Below the pieces are notes generated by a model. That model was given only the letters and a program-made list of their open reading frames with translations. It was not told the DNA's origin and searched no databases. The translations under genes were made by a program, and so were the position numbers. From contig JBDKEN010000001.1 of assembly GCA_039795225.1 (NCBI GenBank), forward strand, positions 21,610 through 85,609: a DNA stretch of 64,000 nucleotides, read 5' to 3'. Positions 18,935 through 28,346 of this stretch are shown here, in pieces; within the stretch, counting starts at the first letter, position 1, and each line of letters opens with the position of its first letter. The DNA comes from Bacteroidota bacterium (GTDB lineage: Bacteria; Bacteroidota; Ignavibacteria; Kapaibacteriales; Kapaibacteriaceae).

Positions 18935-19770
18935 TCCTGACCGCCTATCGCGTCGAAATGTCCAAGGTCTTCTCAAAGTGGCGGACCTTTATTGGCTTTC
19001 TTGCCCTGGCCGTGCTAATCCCAATCGTTGTAGCCGGGATGAGCATGCAGGGAGAGCAGTTCTTCAAGTTTGCCACCTCCGGACTCAAAGACACGTTCGA
19101 GTTCACGGGACATCTACTCAACGGCTATGCCGTTGCCTACATCATCTTCTCCTCGCTCTACCTGCACGTGCCATTCCTGATCACCCTTGTGGCTGGGGAG
19201 GTGCTTGCCGGTGAGGCTACTGCCGGCACCTATCGTTTGGTTCTGACGCGCCCCCTTTCGAGGGCCACAATGGTCAACGCCAAGTACTTTGCCACGCTCA
19301 CCTACACCTTTCTGCTCGTCGTCTGCATGGCCGTGCTCTCACTCGGCCTTGGCATAGGATTCCTCGGCACCGGCGAGGTCTTCATCATCCGTCAGCAGAT
19401 CACCGTTCTGCAGGCCGACGACCTTCTGTGGCGCTTTGCCTACGCCTACGCGTGGGCGTTTCTGGCGATGGCCACTGTATCGAGCGTTGCCTTTTTGTGT
19501 TCGTCACTGGTTGAGAATGCTATCGGACCGATTATGACGACGATGTCGATCATCATCGTGATGACGATCATTTCGGCCATCGACGTGCCCCTGTTCGACT
19601 ATGTACGCCCACTGTTCTTTACCAATCACATGAACAGCTGGAAGTTCTTCTTTGATGACCCGGTACGTTGGGATCGCATTGGCCCATCGTTCTTGGCGCT
19701 GATGCTCCACATCATCGGCTGCTTTGTTGCAGCGCATATCATCATCCGTCGAAAGGACATCCTGACGTGA
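18931..19770 (+). CDS. ABC-2 family transporter permease
   Basis: There are about six hydrophobic segments. The start overlaps the ATPase stop (ATGA). Confidence 0.7.
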   Translation: MILTAYRVEMSKVFSKWRTFIGFLALAVLIPIVVAGMSMQGEQFFKFATSGLKDTFEFTGHLLNGYAVAYIIFSSLYLHVPFLITLVAGEVLAGEATAGTYRLVLTRPLSRATMVNAKYFATLTYTFLLVVCMAVLSLGLGIGFLGTGEVFIIRQQITVLQADDLLWRFAYAYAWAFLAMATVSSVAFLCSSLVENAIGPIMTTMSIIIVMTIISAIDVPLFDYVRPLFFTNHMNSWKFFFDDPVRWDRIGPSFLALMLHIIGCFVAAHIIIRRKDILT

Positions 19771-20438
19771 TCCGCCCCCTGATAGCTCTCGTTCTCGTCT
19801 TCACAGCCCTCCTCGAACCGGTCCTTGCTGCCACAGATGCCAAAGCCCTGCTGATGTCCATCCGCAAACGCATGGAGTCGAGTGGAAAGTATACAGCCGA
19901 GCTGCGTCTCAAGGTCGACATCCCGTTCATGAAGGCCCCCGAGGCAAAGGCGTCGCTAACATTCACGCCTCCAAACTCGACGAAGATCACCTCCAAGGGC
20001 TTTGCAATGATTCCAAAGCAAAGCACGGAACTCAGCGCTCTGTCTTTGCTTTCGGGCGAGTTCGCTGCCATCGATATGGGCACTGAATCATATAAGGGGC
20101 TCACCCTGCGCAAGATCAAGATCATCCCGGCCGATGAAACGGGTAACATCGTGGTCGCTACGCTGTTCGTTGACGAAGCAGCCCTGCTCACACGCAAGGT
20201 CACAGCAACGGCGAAGTCCGGCGGTACAGTGGCTGCCGAACTGGTCTATGATAACGCCAAAGCCGCTGCGTACTGCCTTCCGTCGTACATGAAGATCACC
20301 ATGGAAGTGCCCAACTTCGAGATCCCACGCACCATCACCGGCGATTTTAACGAGTCGGCCCAACCCAAAAAACCGGCAGATCCCAATGGCAAAACAAAGG
20401 CCAGTGTGGAGATCTGGTATGAGAAGTACCGGTTCTAG
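19767..20438 (+). CDS. Exported protein of unknown function, co-transcribed with the ABC-2 transporter
   Basis: The GTG start overlaps the permease stop (GTGA). The signal peptide is IRPLIALVLVFTALLEPVLAATD. The ORF-track start at 19668 would overlap the permease by about 100 nt. Confidence 0.5.
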   Translation: MIRPLIALVLVFTALLEPVLAATDAKALLMSIRKRMESSGKYTAELRLKVDIPFMKAPEAKASLTFTPPNSTKITSKGFAMIPKQSTELSALSLLSGEFAAIDMGTESYKGLTLRKIKIIPADETGNIVVATLFVDEAALLTRKVTATAKSGGTVAAELVYDNAKAAAYCLPSYMKITMEVPNFEIPRTITGDFNESAQPKKPADPNGKTKASVEIWYEKYRF

Positions 20439-20500
20439 GTTTGGGGTTTGGGGTTTGGGGTTTGGGGTTTGGGGTTTGGGGTGTGAGGTTTGGGGTGTAT
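20438..20500 (-). repeat. Heptamer array F (GGTTTGG, 9 units; G-quadruplex-prone, telomere-like TTTGGGG)
   Basis: (GGTTTGG)6 GGTGTGA GGTTTGG GGTGTAT overlaps the last base of the upstream stop codon. It sits between convergent gene ends. Confidence 0.9.
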
Positions 20501-20514
20501 AGCCAGCCGTACAA

Positions 20515-21282
20515 TTACACGAGCACGATTCCAACGGGGCAGTGATCAGAGCCCATGACGTCTGGCAAGATGAAGGCGTTCTTCAGCCGAGGGCGCAAAT
20601 CTTCGGTTATCCAGTGGTAATCGATGCGCCAGCCCACGTTGCGTTCGCGAGCCCTCGTGAAGTAGTCCCAGTACGAATAGTTGTCTGGTTCGTCGGGATG
20701 AAACTCGCGGAATGAATCCAGCCATCCGTCGGCAACCATACGGTCGAGGACTGCACGCTCTTCTGGAAGGAATCCAGTATTGGTCTCATTTTCCTTCGGG
20801 CGCGCCAAGTCAATCGGATGATGGGCGATGTTGTAATCACCACAGATCACAATGCCCCTTCCCTGCTTGCGCTGCTCAGCGCAGCGTGCAAGGAGTGCAT
20901 CGTAAAATCGCAACTTGAAGGGCACGCGCGAGTTGCCAACGGAACCGTTTGGGAAGTAGACGTTATACAGCAGGAATGATCCGAAGTCGGCCTCGATGAT
21001 GCGTCCTTCACCATCGAACTCATCGACACCAATTTTGGTCGTAACGGAAAGGGGCTCAGTACGACTCATGATGCCGACGCCGCTGTAGCCGCTCTTGATC
21101 GTGCAGGAGTGCCAGTAGGTGTGCCATCCGGGATGTTGCTTGACCTCGTTCGGAATCTTCTCGACATCAGCCTTGGTCTCTTGAAGACAGATAACGTCGG
21201 CCCTGACTTCGTCGACCCAATCCAGAAAGCCCTTCTTTTGGACGGCACGAATACCGTTGACGTTCCAGCTTATGATCTTCAT
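20515..21282 (-). CDS. xth: Exodeoxyribonuclease III
   Basis: MKIISWNVNGIRA, CLQETK and SDHCPV are ExoIII/AP endonuclease motifs. The start is set at the MKIISWN Met. Confidence 0.85.
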   Translation of the reverse strand: MKIISWNVNGIRAVQKKGFLDWVDEVRADVICLQETKADVEKIPNEVKQHPGWHTYWHSCTIKSGYSGVGIMSRTEPLSVTTKIGVDEFDGEGRIIEADFGSFLLYNVYFPNGSVGNSRVPFKLRFYDALLARCAEQRKQGRGIVICGDYNIAHHPIDLARPKENETNTGFLPEERAVLDRMVADGWLDSFREFHPDEPDNYSYWDYFTRARERNVGWRIDYHWITEDLRPRLKNAFILPDVMGSDHCPVGIVLV

Positions 21283-21803
21283 TGCGAGGCCTTCAGATCG
21301 GTCATCGTGCACAATGAATGCAGAGTAAAGCCAGCTTCTGCAAGCTTCTCACGTCCACCTTGCTCGCGATCAATCACACAGACGACTTCGTTCACATGCG
21401 CACCGAGCGCACGGAGGTCGTTTCCTGATGTGATCACTTGACCGCCGCTGGTGATGACGTCTTCGACGATCAGCAGGCGACGTCCCGACACATCGGGTCC
21501 TTCGGCAAGCTTGCACGTGCCATAGTCCTTTGCCTTCTTGCGCACGAAGACCGCAGGTATGCCGGATGCCAAGGAAAGGACTGTTGCAATGGCGAGTCCT
21601 CCCATTTCCAATCCAGCCAGCATTTCTGTGCCGGGAGGAATCATCGGCAGCATCTGCTGGGCGATTGCCGAAAGAAGCTTCGGATCGCTCTCAAATTGGT
21701 ACTTATCGAAGTACTCGTTGCTAATGATCCCACTGCGAAGCTTGAATTCCCCGGTGATGTGGGCTACGGAATAGATCGATGCGATAAGTTCTTGTCGTGT
21801 CAT
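21279..21803 (-). CDS. pyrE: Orotate phosphoribosyltransferase
   Basis: FKLRSGIISNEYFD and the PRPP loop LLIVEDVITSGGQ are present. The stop overlaps the xth start. The start at 21803 is preceded by a CAAATTTG box. Confidence 0.85.
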   Translation of the reverse strand: MTRQELIASIYSVAHITGEFKLRSGIISNEYFDKYQFESDPKLLSAIAQQMLPMIPPGTEMLAGLEMGGLAIATVLSLASGIPAVFVRKKAKDYGTCKLAEGPDVSGRRLLIVEDVITSGGQVITSGNDLRALGAHVNEVVCVIDREQGGREKLAEAGFTLHSLCTMTDLKASQ

Positions 21804-21807
21804 TCCG

Positions 21808-21815
21808 CAAATTTG
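21808..21815 (-). promoter_or_regulatory. -7 box candidate (CAAATTTG), 12 nt before the pyrE ATG at 21803
   Basis: It matches nAnnTTTG at the standard spacing. Confidence 0.3.
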
Positions 21816-21863
21816 GGATTCTTCTCGCATACATTTGCGTTTTCTCACCGAACACACGAAAAC

Positions 21864-22334
21864 ATGAAACGCCTGCTCATCCTCGGACTGTCAACAATTC
21901 TCCTTCTCGGCGGCTGCTCGTCAGTTGATGAGTGCCTCAAGGGAATCAGTGTTCAAAACACGAGTGTGACCCTAGAAAAGGGGCTCTGCTTTGGTACATG
22001 TCCGGTCTACTCGGGCACCATCCTTGGCGATGGACAGATCATGTATGATGGACGACGCTTTACCGATCGTGAGGGAGTATGGGTGGGCTCGATCAGCCGT
22101 GATAAACTTTGTGAGCTTATCACCATTCTTCGTCAGACCGATCTTTCGTCGGTTCCTTCAGAATCGCTCGACAATGTTCCTGATGCTCCTGTGTCTGAGC
22201 TTCGGATCGTCTTCATGGGCAAGGAGCGGACGTTCAAGTGGAACATGGGCACGCCGGAAGCGTTGCGTCCACTCGACAAATTCATTGCCGAGAACACGCA
22301 CGGAAACACGTCGCTCCGACCTATGGGCAAGTAA
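21864..22334 (+). CDS. Small lipoprotein with a CxGxCPxY motif (DUF6438-like, from memory)
   Basis: The signal peptide plus lipobox is MKRLLILGLSTILLLGGC, and CFGTCPVYSG is present. The long ORF-track N-terminus (21438-21863) is antisense to pyrE, so I rejected it. Confidence 0.6.
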   Translation: MKRLLILGLSTILLLGGCSSVDECLKGISVQNTSVTLEKGLCFGTCPVYSGTILGDGQIMYDGRRFTDREGVWVGSISRDKLCELITILRQTDLSSVPSESLDNVPDAPVSELRIVFMGKERTFKWNMGTPEALRPLDKFIAENTHGNTSLRPMGK

Positions 22335-22361
22335 CGGGGCACATGCCCACGTGCGAGATGG

Positions 22362-23051
22362 TTATCGGACGATGCCGGTGTAGAGAAACGCAATGCCGCC
22401 AGTGAGTTCACGGTACGAACACTCGTCCATGCGGCCCGTTGAGCGCATGAGGTTCAAGAACTCCTCCCGACATGGGAAGGCCGCTGCAGTCGTTGGCAAG
22501 TATTCGTAGGCCTTGCGATTGCCCGTCAGCATGCCACCAATCAGCGGGATGATGTGCTGCGAGTACCAACGATAGGTCAAACCGATGATTCCGCGCGGCT
22601 GGCCAAATTCGAGAACAACAACGCGGCCGCCTGGACGCACAACACGCGCCATCTCCGAAAGTGCCGTGCGCGGATCATCAACGTTGCGAATGCCGAACGA
22701 GATGCTGGCAACATCGAAGCTAGCATCGTCATATGGCAAGTGCATCGCATCAGCAACTTCAAACTCCACGTCGAGCCCCTTGCCGCGGGCCTTTGCCGGA
22801 GCGAATGAGAGCATATCGGCGTTGAAGTCTGTTCCAAGGACACGTCCATGTGATCCGACCGTCCGCTTAAACGCGAGTGCAAGATCACCAGTGCCCGTGG
22901 CACAGTCGAGAATGTGACTTCCTTCACGCGCACCACTGGCCTTGACCGTTGCAGATCGCCACAGATGGTGGATGCCCATCGAAAGGATCGAATTGGTGAT
23001 ATCATATCGAGGGGCAATGTCGGAGAACATTGCGTGGACGGCTTCACTCAT
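22362..23051 (-). CDS. ubiE: Demethylmenaquinone/ubiquinone C-methyltransferase (UbiE/MenG family)
   Basis: YDITNSILSMGIHHLWR and the SAM motif ILDCATGTGDLA, plus LEFGQP, give a typical UbiE. Confidence 0.85.
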   Translation of the reverse strand: MSEAVHAMFSDIAPRYDITNSILSMGIHHLWRSATVKASGAREGSHILDCATGTGDLALAFKRTVGSHGRVLGTDFNADMLSFAPAKARGKGLDVEFEVADAMHLPYDDASFDVASISFGIRNVDDPRTALSEMARVVRPGGRVVVLEFGQPRGIIGLTYRWYSQHIIPLIGGMLTGNRKAYEYLPTTAAAFPCREEFLNLMRSTGRMDECSYRELTGGIAFLYTGIVR

Positions 23052-24529
23052 GCGTCAAAGATACGGGCAACGGTGTTCCAGGCTCCCAGCATGACAGCTG
23101 GCATTCCCTGTCCAGGGAACACACTGTCACCGATCATGTAGAGCCCAGCAAAAGGTGTTTGATTTGGTGGCAGAGTCACAAGTGGCCGCGCGATATCGTG
23201 TGGAATTCCTCCCACGAACCCGTCATGACGCTGTGTATAGTTCTTCCAGGTGATGGGTGTGCCGACATCACATCGCTCAATTTCCATGCCGTCGAACTCG
23301 TGCATGCCGTTGCGGATCGCCTCGAGCATTTGCACCCGGACCATCTCGCGGCGGCGTTCATACTCGTCAAGAGAAATGCCCTTCCAGTCCTCCGCCCGTG
23401 CATGTGTACTCACCGTCACCGTCGTGAGTCCTTCTGGCGCTTTCTGCCGATCATCAGGATGCGAGACCGTGAGGAATAGCGACTTCGAATGCACAAACGG
23501 AATGTCCTGCTGAAGGTGTAACTGAACATACTGACTCGGCAGACGTGGCACTCCACGAAGCGTCAGATACAAGGTTACGGCACACCATGACGCATCAAAA
23601 CGCCGTGCAAGCTTGGAGAAATAGGATCGCACGGCCTCATCGGTCAGCGTCGCCATGTTCCAAATGGGAATTGATGATATGACACGTTGTGCTCGATAGC
23701 TCTCTCCATTGTCGCATCGTACCTCCCACGCCCCATCCTGACGAATGATCGACGTGACACGACGACGAAACCGAACCTGTGCGCCGTGCGTGGTGGCATA
23801 GCGCATGAGATCCAGTGCTGGTCGCACCATCCCTCCAACTGGATAATACGTTTCACTTGGATAGGTGAGCCCCATGGCAGCGGTCAGATACGGGGCTCGC
23901 TCGGCGGTATTCTGGGTTGAGATCAGCAGCTGCTCGTCAATGAACCGACGAAAGGCGGCGTTGCGATGGACGCCGGCTGCTTCCATGAGTACGCGCGTGG
24001 GACGAATCAATCCGACGGCAAGAGGGGCCTGTGCCAGAAGGGACGGCTTTGCCAACCGTACAACATCAGAGAGCGTAGCCGGAGGGAAATGCGTTAAGCT
24101 CTGCACCATGGACCACACACGGCGTTCAAGATCGTAGAGGTGCTTCCAAAAACGCGGCTGGTCACCACCTGGGAATACGCGCTGGGCCTCGTTGATCCAT
24201 GCGTCCACATCGGCGTGACGGACAACATCAACCTCGGGCATGCGGATGAGCATTCCCGGATCTTGCTTGATAAACCTTGGTTCAATACCAAGGTGCCGAA
24301 ACACCCGCCCAGCAGGCTGTGATGAAACCACTCCGCTCACCGTCGTGGCGCCTACATCGAACGTGCAGGACCCTATCCGGTAAAACGATGCGCATCCGCC
24401 AAGCGTATCATGGGATTCCAGGAGCGTGACGTCTTCTCCTTCGTGGGCCAGAAGCGCGGCGCTGGTAAGTCCAGCATATCCCGCGCCGAGGACGAGCGTC
24501 GAAACGGTATGTCGTGGTGCAGAACTCAT
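23048..24529 (-). CDS. Phytoene desaturase-family (CrtI/CrtD-like) FAD-dependent oxidoreductase
   Basis: The dinucleotide-binding N-terminus is VLGAGYAGLTSAALLAHEG..V.LLES....GG, and the C-terminus GLYMIGDSVFPGQGMP is typical of the CrtI family. The stop overlaps the ubiE start. Confidence 0.75.
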   Translation of the reverse strand: MSSAPRHTVSTLVLGAGYAGLTSAALLAHEGEDVTLLESHDTLGGCASFYRIGSCTFDVGATTVSGVVSSQPAGRVFRHLGIEPRFIKQDPGMLIRMPEVDVVRHADVDAWINEAQRVFPGGDQPRFWKHLYDLERRVWSMVQSLTHFPPATLSDVVRLAKPSLLAQAPLAVGLIRPTRVLMEAAGVHRNAAFRRFIDEQLLISTQNTAERAPYLTAAMGLTYPSETYYPVGGMVRPALDLMRYATTHGAQVRFRRRVTSIIRQDGAWEVRCDNGESYRAQRVISSIPIWNMATLTDEAVRSYFSKLARRFDASWCAVTLYLTLRGVPRLPSQYVQLHLQQDIPFVHSKSLFLTVSHPDDRQKAPEGLTTVTVSTHARAEDWKGISLDEYERRREMVRVQMLEAIRNGMHEFDGMEIERCDVGTPITWKNYTQRHDGFVGGIPHDIARPLVTLPPNQTPFAGLYMIGDSVFPGQGMPAVMLGAWNTVARIFDA

Positions 24530-24532
24530 GGG

Positions 24533-24540
24533 CAACGATA
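24533..24540 (-). promoter_or_regulatory. -7 box candidate (TATCGTTG), 11 nt before the CrtI-family gene ATG at 24529
   Basis: It matches on motif and spacing on the minus strand. Confidence 0.3.
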
Positions 24541-24625
24541 ACACCGGGTGTGGCTTGCACGTTCCGTTGAAGGAGTCGATCGAATCATGGACTCTTCTTC
24601 CGGCGTGTTACGTAGCATTCCAATG

Positions 24626-24633
24626 TAGATTTG
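24626..24633 (+). promoter_or_regulatory. -7 box candidate (TAGATTTG, perfect TAnnTTTG), 11 nt before the ATG at 24637
   Basis: This is a perfect consensus match immediately upstream of the start. Confidence 0.45.
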
Positions 24634-24636
24634 TGC

Positions 24637-27600
24637 ATGAGAAATCTCCTGCTTTCCCTGCTATGGCTGGCCTCCGCGTCGGTCGTTTCAGTAGTCGCAT
24701 CGACAGACCCTCAACATCGTGCTGAACTTGAAGGAGCTTCGAAGATTCGTGCTCGCTTTGAGGACGTTCATCGACGTCGATTTGGAACCTCGAAGCCACC
24801 TGCAGAGAACCTGCGTGTCAAGGCTATCGACCAGCTGCAGCGACGTCGCTCGAAGCTTGATGTTGAAGCACAAGCCGAATCACCGCGCTGGATCCAGAAG
24901 GGTCCATACGCCACGGGTGGACGTATTAAGTCGATCGTCTTCGACCCTGTGACACCCGGTGTGGTGTACATCGGCGCTGCCGCCGGGGGCGTGTGGAAGA
25001 CCACGAACGCTGGGCAGGAATGGACGCCGATGATGGATCAGGCCAATGCCATCGCCATGGGCGCGCTGTGTATTGACCCCGACGATCGAAATGTGATCTA
25101 TGCCGGAACCGGCGAGCAGGTCATCAACGCCAACACCTACTTTGGATGCGGATTGATGCGCTCAACCGATGCGGGCCAAACCTGGAAGGTCTTTGCGCTG
25201 GCAAACGTTGGAGCGTTCTCTCGCGTATTCGTGCACCCCAAAGACACCAAGCTGATGATGTGCGGTGCGATGGGATCGGATGCCGGTGTGTGGAAGAGCA
25301 CTGATAAGGGGCTCAGCTGGACACGTATACGCCGAGGTCAGATTTATGATATGTCGATGCACCCCGAGGATCCCAACACCTGGGTAGCAGCCGTACCCGA
25401 CAGTGGCATCATCATGACTACCGACGGTGGCGCAACGTGGACGCAGCGCATGAATGGCCTCGTCGGATCCGTGGGCCGCATCAGTGTGCAGTTTGCCCCC
25501 TCCTCACCATCGACATTGTATACGTTGGCCGAACTCAATCGCCTCGCAGTGGTTGCCAAGTCAACCAATGGAGGTGCATCATGGACCGTGCAGTATCGCG
25601 ACGACCGCGGCTGCTTTTTTGCCGGTGCATGTTCGCCAGATGCAAGCCAAGGTTTTTACGACAACCTCGTATCTGTCAACCCAAAGAATCCCAATCAGGC
25701 GATTGTTGGCGGTATCGACCTGTGGATGACAACCAATGGAGGATCGAACTGGATTAACGTTACCAATGGCTATGCCGATGGTGACGGGGCAAATGTGCCA
25801 CACGTGGATCAGCATGTTGTCGCCTATGACCCGCATGATTCCAAGCATATCCTCGCTGGAAACGATGGCGGAATGATGCGCAGCCCTGATGGTGGGAACT
25901 CCTGGTACCCGTTGAATACCAATCTTGCTGTGACACAGTTCTACTCGTTTGATGTGGACCGGACGTCGCGCGAGCGGATGTACGGCGGTACGCAGGACAA
26001 CGGGACGCTTGGCACCGAAGGTATCGTCGATTGGGAACGCGTAGCAGGGGGCGACGGAATGACCACGCTCGTGCATCCGACGATACCGGCCATTGTGTAT
26101 GGAACGAATCCGAACGGTGCCCTCTTCCGAATCGACTTCCAATCGGGTCGTGCCGCGCGGATTACGACGGGCCTAAACATGAGCGAAGATTGCGAGTGGG
26201 TGGCACCGATGGCGATTGATCCCTTCAATCCAGATGCGATGCTCACCGGACGCCAACGCGTGTACTTCAGCGACAACCGTGGCGACCTCTGGCAAGCATC
26301 CTCACCGCGGTTTGAGGGTAATGTCTCTGCCGTTGCGTTTTCGCAGGCAGACCAGGAGGTCCTGTGGGCTGGCGGTAATATGGGTGATGTCTATGTGAGC
26401 ACAGACTACGGAACGAAGTGGACGCCTGTGCAGGAAAACGGTCTAAGCATGGGCTACGTCAGCGATTTCGTCTGTCCGGAAACGGATCGCAATACCGCTT
26501 GGATTACCTATTCGTCCTACGGTTTGCCTCACGTGTGGCGAACAACAGACCTTGGGAAATCGTGGCAACCACGTTGGACCGGTATGCCGGACATTCCCGT
26601 CAACACGATAGACATCCATCCCGATGATCCGAACATTCTCTTTGTTGGCACCGACATCGGCGTCTTCGTGACCTTTGACGCAGGTGATTCGTGGATGCCG
26701 TATGGAACGGAGTTGCCGCGCACGCCAATCTTAGACCTCAAGGTCGATGTTGCCAATAGCTACATCCGCGCTGGAACCCACGGCAGGTCGATTTGGGAAG
26801 CTCCGTTGCTGTCCGTTGCACCAACAGATCCAGTGATCGCAACGCCGATTGGTGGCGAGCGCTTTGTGGGGCTTACCTCTACGCGTGTTACCTGGAGGGG
26901 CATACCAGCCCCTTGCCGTCTCGAATACTCTGTCAACAATGGCGCATCATGGGTGCCCATCGCCCAGGGTCAGTCAGGGTCATCCTACACATGGCAGGTG
27001 CCGAACGCTCCAACAAATGATGCGCTTGTGCGAGTCACATCCGAGGCCGATCCTGCCATCAGCGCCGTCAGCCGGAACTTCTCGATTCAGCGTCTCCTAC
27101 GCGGTATGGTTGTCAAGCAGTCAACTGTGGGATGGATCCCCTATGGCTTGTCGTGGGATGGAAAGACGTCACTCTGGACGACAAACTTCCGCACGAATAC
27201 ACTTCATAAGCTTGATTACAATACCCTCGAGCCAATCAAGACCATCACCATGAAGGGGGCTGGCGACAGCTTGTATACGGACATTTCCTACGACCGCGAG
27301 AAGCATGAAATCTATGTGCATCGGTTGGAGAGTACAGAGGGACTTCAGACGACGGTAGTGGTTGTAGATACGAATGGTACGCTGTTACGCACGTTCCCAA
27401 GTGCTGCCCGCCGATACGGCATTGGTCTGGAATACGTCAATGGCGTTCTGTATGGGGCTGAGCGCGACGGTGAGCGACGCATCATTGGTATGAATCCACA
27501 GAATGGTGCTGTGCTCTCATCGGTGCCTAATCCCTACCAGCAGTTCTACGGTCCACGTGGCCTGACAGCTGATTCTCGCGGCAACTTCTTGCAAGTCTGC

Positions 27601-28125
27601 ACGCAGTTCTCGGAGAGTGGTGGCGGACTTCTAGCAGCTTCAATTGCCGAGATCCCACAGAGCGCACCGTCGACGATTGCACAGTCGCTCCAGCTTGAAA
27701 CGCCAAATGGACTCATTAATGGCCGTGGCATTGAGATTGACGCGCGCGACGAGACGATGTGGGTGAGCGAGTACGGCGGCACGATCTTCAAGATCACCGG
27801 TCTGCGCTTCGAGCCCCCTCCGATCACAAGCTCCGTCGACGAAGATGCGCAGCAACTCCCGGGCGTCGTATCCATCGCACCGCATCCTGTTTCCTCGACA
27901 GCCTTTGTGTCGGTGAGTTCCGTTGGTAGTCCACGCACAATAACGCCGGTTGTGTGCGACATCACGGGTCAGGTTGTTTGGAACGGCGTTCCCCACCTGC
28001 AAGAGGCGAATGAGCCACTGGTGGTTCGCCTTCCTGATGACATCCTCACAACGGGGACGTACATCCTGTCACTCACATCGCAGGATGGCGCTAGCGTGCG
28101 TCGTCCGTTCATTGTCAACAAGTAA
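24637..28125 (+). CDS. Secreted BNR/Asp-box (sortilin/GH74-like) double beta-propeller protein with a T9SS C-terminal sorting domain
   Basis: At least 9 Asp-box motifs are present (STDAGQTW, STDKGLSW, TTDGGATW, STNGGASW, TTNGGSNW, SPDGGNSW, STDYGTKW, TTDLGKSW and others). There is a signal peptide and a C-terminal domain of about 80 aa ending GTYILSLTSQDGASVRRPFIVNK. Confidence 0.7.
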   Translation: MRNLLLSLLWLASASVVSVVASTDPQHRAELEGASKIRARFEDVHRRRFGTSKPPAENLRVKAIDQLQRRRSKLDVEAQAESPRWIQKGPYATGGRIKSIVFDPVTPGVVYIGAAAGGVWKTTNAGQEWTPMMDQANAIAMGALCIDPDDRNVIYAGTGEQVINANTYFGCGLMRSTDAGQTWKVFALANVGAFSRVFVHPKDTKLMMCGAMGSDAGVWKSTDKGLSWTRIRRGQIYDMSMHPEDPNTWVAAVPDSGIIMTTDGGATWTQRMNGLVGSVGRISVQFAPSSPSTLYTLAELNRLAVVAKSTNGGASWTVQYRDDRGCFFAGACSPDASQGFYDNLVSVNPKNPNQAIVGGIDLWMTTNGGSNWINVTNGYADGDGANVPHVDQHVVAYDPHDSKHILAGNDGGMMRSPDGGNSWYPLNTNLAVTQFYSFDVDRTSRERMYGGTQDNGTLGTEGIVDWERVAGGDGMTTLVHPTIPAIVYGTNPNGALFRIDFQSGRAARITTGLNMSEDCEWVAPMAIDPFNPDAMLTGRQRVYFSDNRGDLWQASSPRFEGNVSAVAFSQADQEVLWAGGNMGDVYVSTDYGTKWTPVQENGLSMGYVSDFVCPETDRNTAWITYSSYGLPHVWRTTDLGKSWQPRWTGMPDIPVNTIDIHPDDPNILFVGTDIGVFVTFDAGDSWMPYGTELPRTPILDLKVDVANSYIRAGTHGRSIWEAPLLSVAPTDPVIATPIGGERFVGLTSTRVTWRGIPAPCRLEYSVNNGASWVPIAQGQSGSSYTWQVPNAPTNDALVRVTSEADPAISAVSRNFSIQRLLRGMVVKQSTVGWIPYGLSWDGKTSLWTTNFRTNTLHKLDYNTLEPIKTITMKGAGDSLYTDISYDREKHEIYVHRLESTEGLQTTVVVVDTNGTLLRTFPSAARRYGIGLEYVNGVLYGAERDGERRIIGMNPQNGAVLSSVPNPYQQFYGPRGLTADSRGNFLQVCTQFSESGGGLLAASIAEIPQSAPSTIAQSLQLETPNGLINGRGIEIDARDETMWVSEYGGTIFKITGLRFEPPPITSSVDEDAQQLPGVVSIAPHPVSSTAFVSVSSVGSPRTITPVVCDITGQVVWNGVPHLQEANEPLVVRLPDDILTTGTYILSLTSQDGASVRRPFIVNK

Positions 28126-28136
28126 CGATCGTCATC

Positions 28137-28346
28137 ATGCAACACATCATTTTGTCGATCATCACCATGAGTGTGGTCTGGTATGCGTGGATCACCTTCA
28201 AGAAGATTGGGCGTCTTCGTGCGGTCGACATTGACCTGAGCGAACAGGAGCGGCAACAACGTCAGGTCTCATACGTCATGCGCATTGTTATGTGCCTGAT
28301 ACTATTGGCCATTCTTCCCTTTCTATTCACGTTTATTACCAAGTAA
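28137..28346 (+). CDS. Small two-TM membrane protein (hypothetical)
   Basis: This 69-aa protein has two hydrophobic helices flanking a charged loop. Its stop overlaps the next ATG (TAATG). There is no homology evidence. Confidence 0.4.
   Translation: MQHIILSIITMSVVWYAWITFKKIGRLRAVDIDLSEQERQQRQVSYVMRIVMCLILLAILPFLFTFITK

Noticed and set aside
20438-20500. (TTTGGGG)n as a genuine telomere or replicon end.
   Set aside because: The array is only 63 bp, is internal, and is flanked on both sides by ordinary chromosomal genes. It belongs to the same family as the other heptamer arrays.
22335-22361. A GGGC-ACAT-GCCC mini-hairpin between the convergent lipoprotein and ubiE genes.
   Set aside because: A 4-5 bp stem with no flanking T-tract is too weak to call a terminator.
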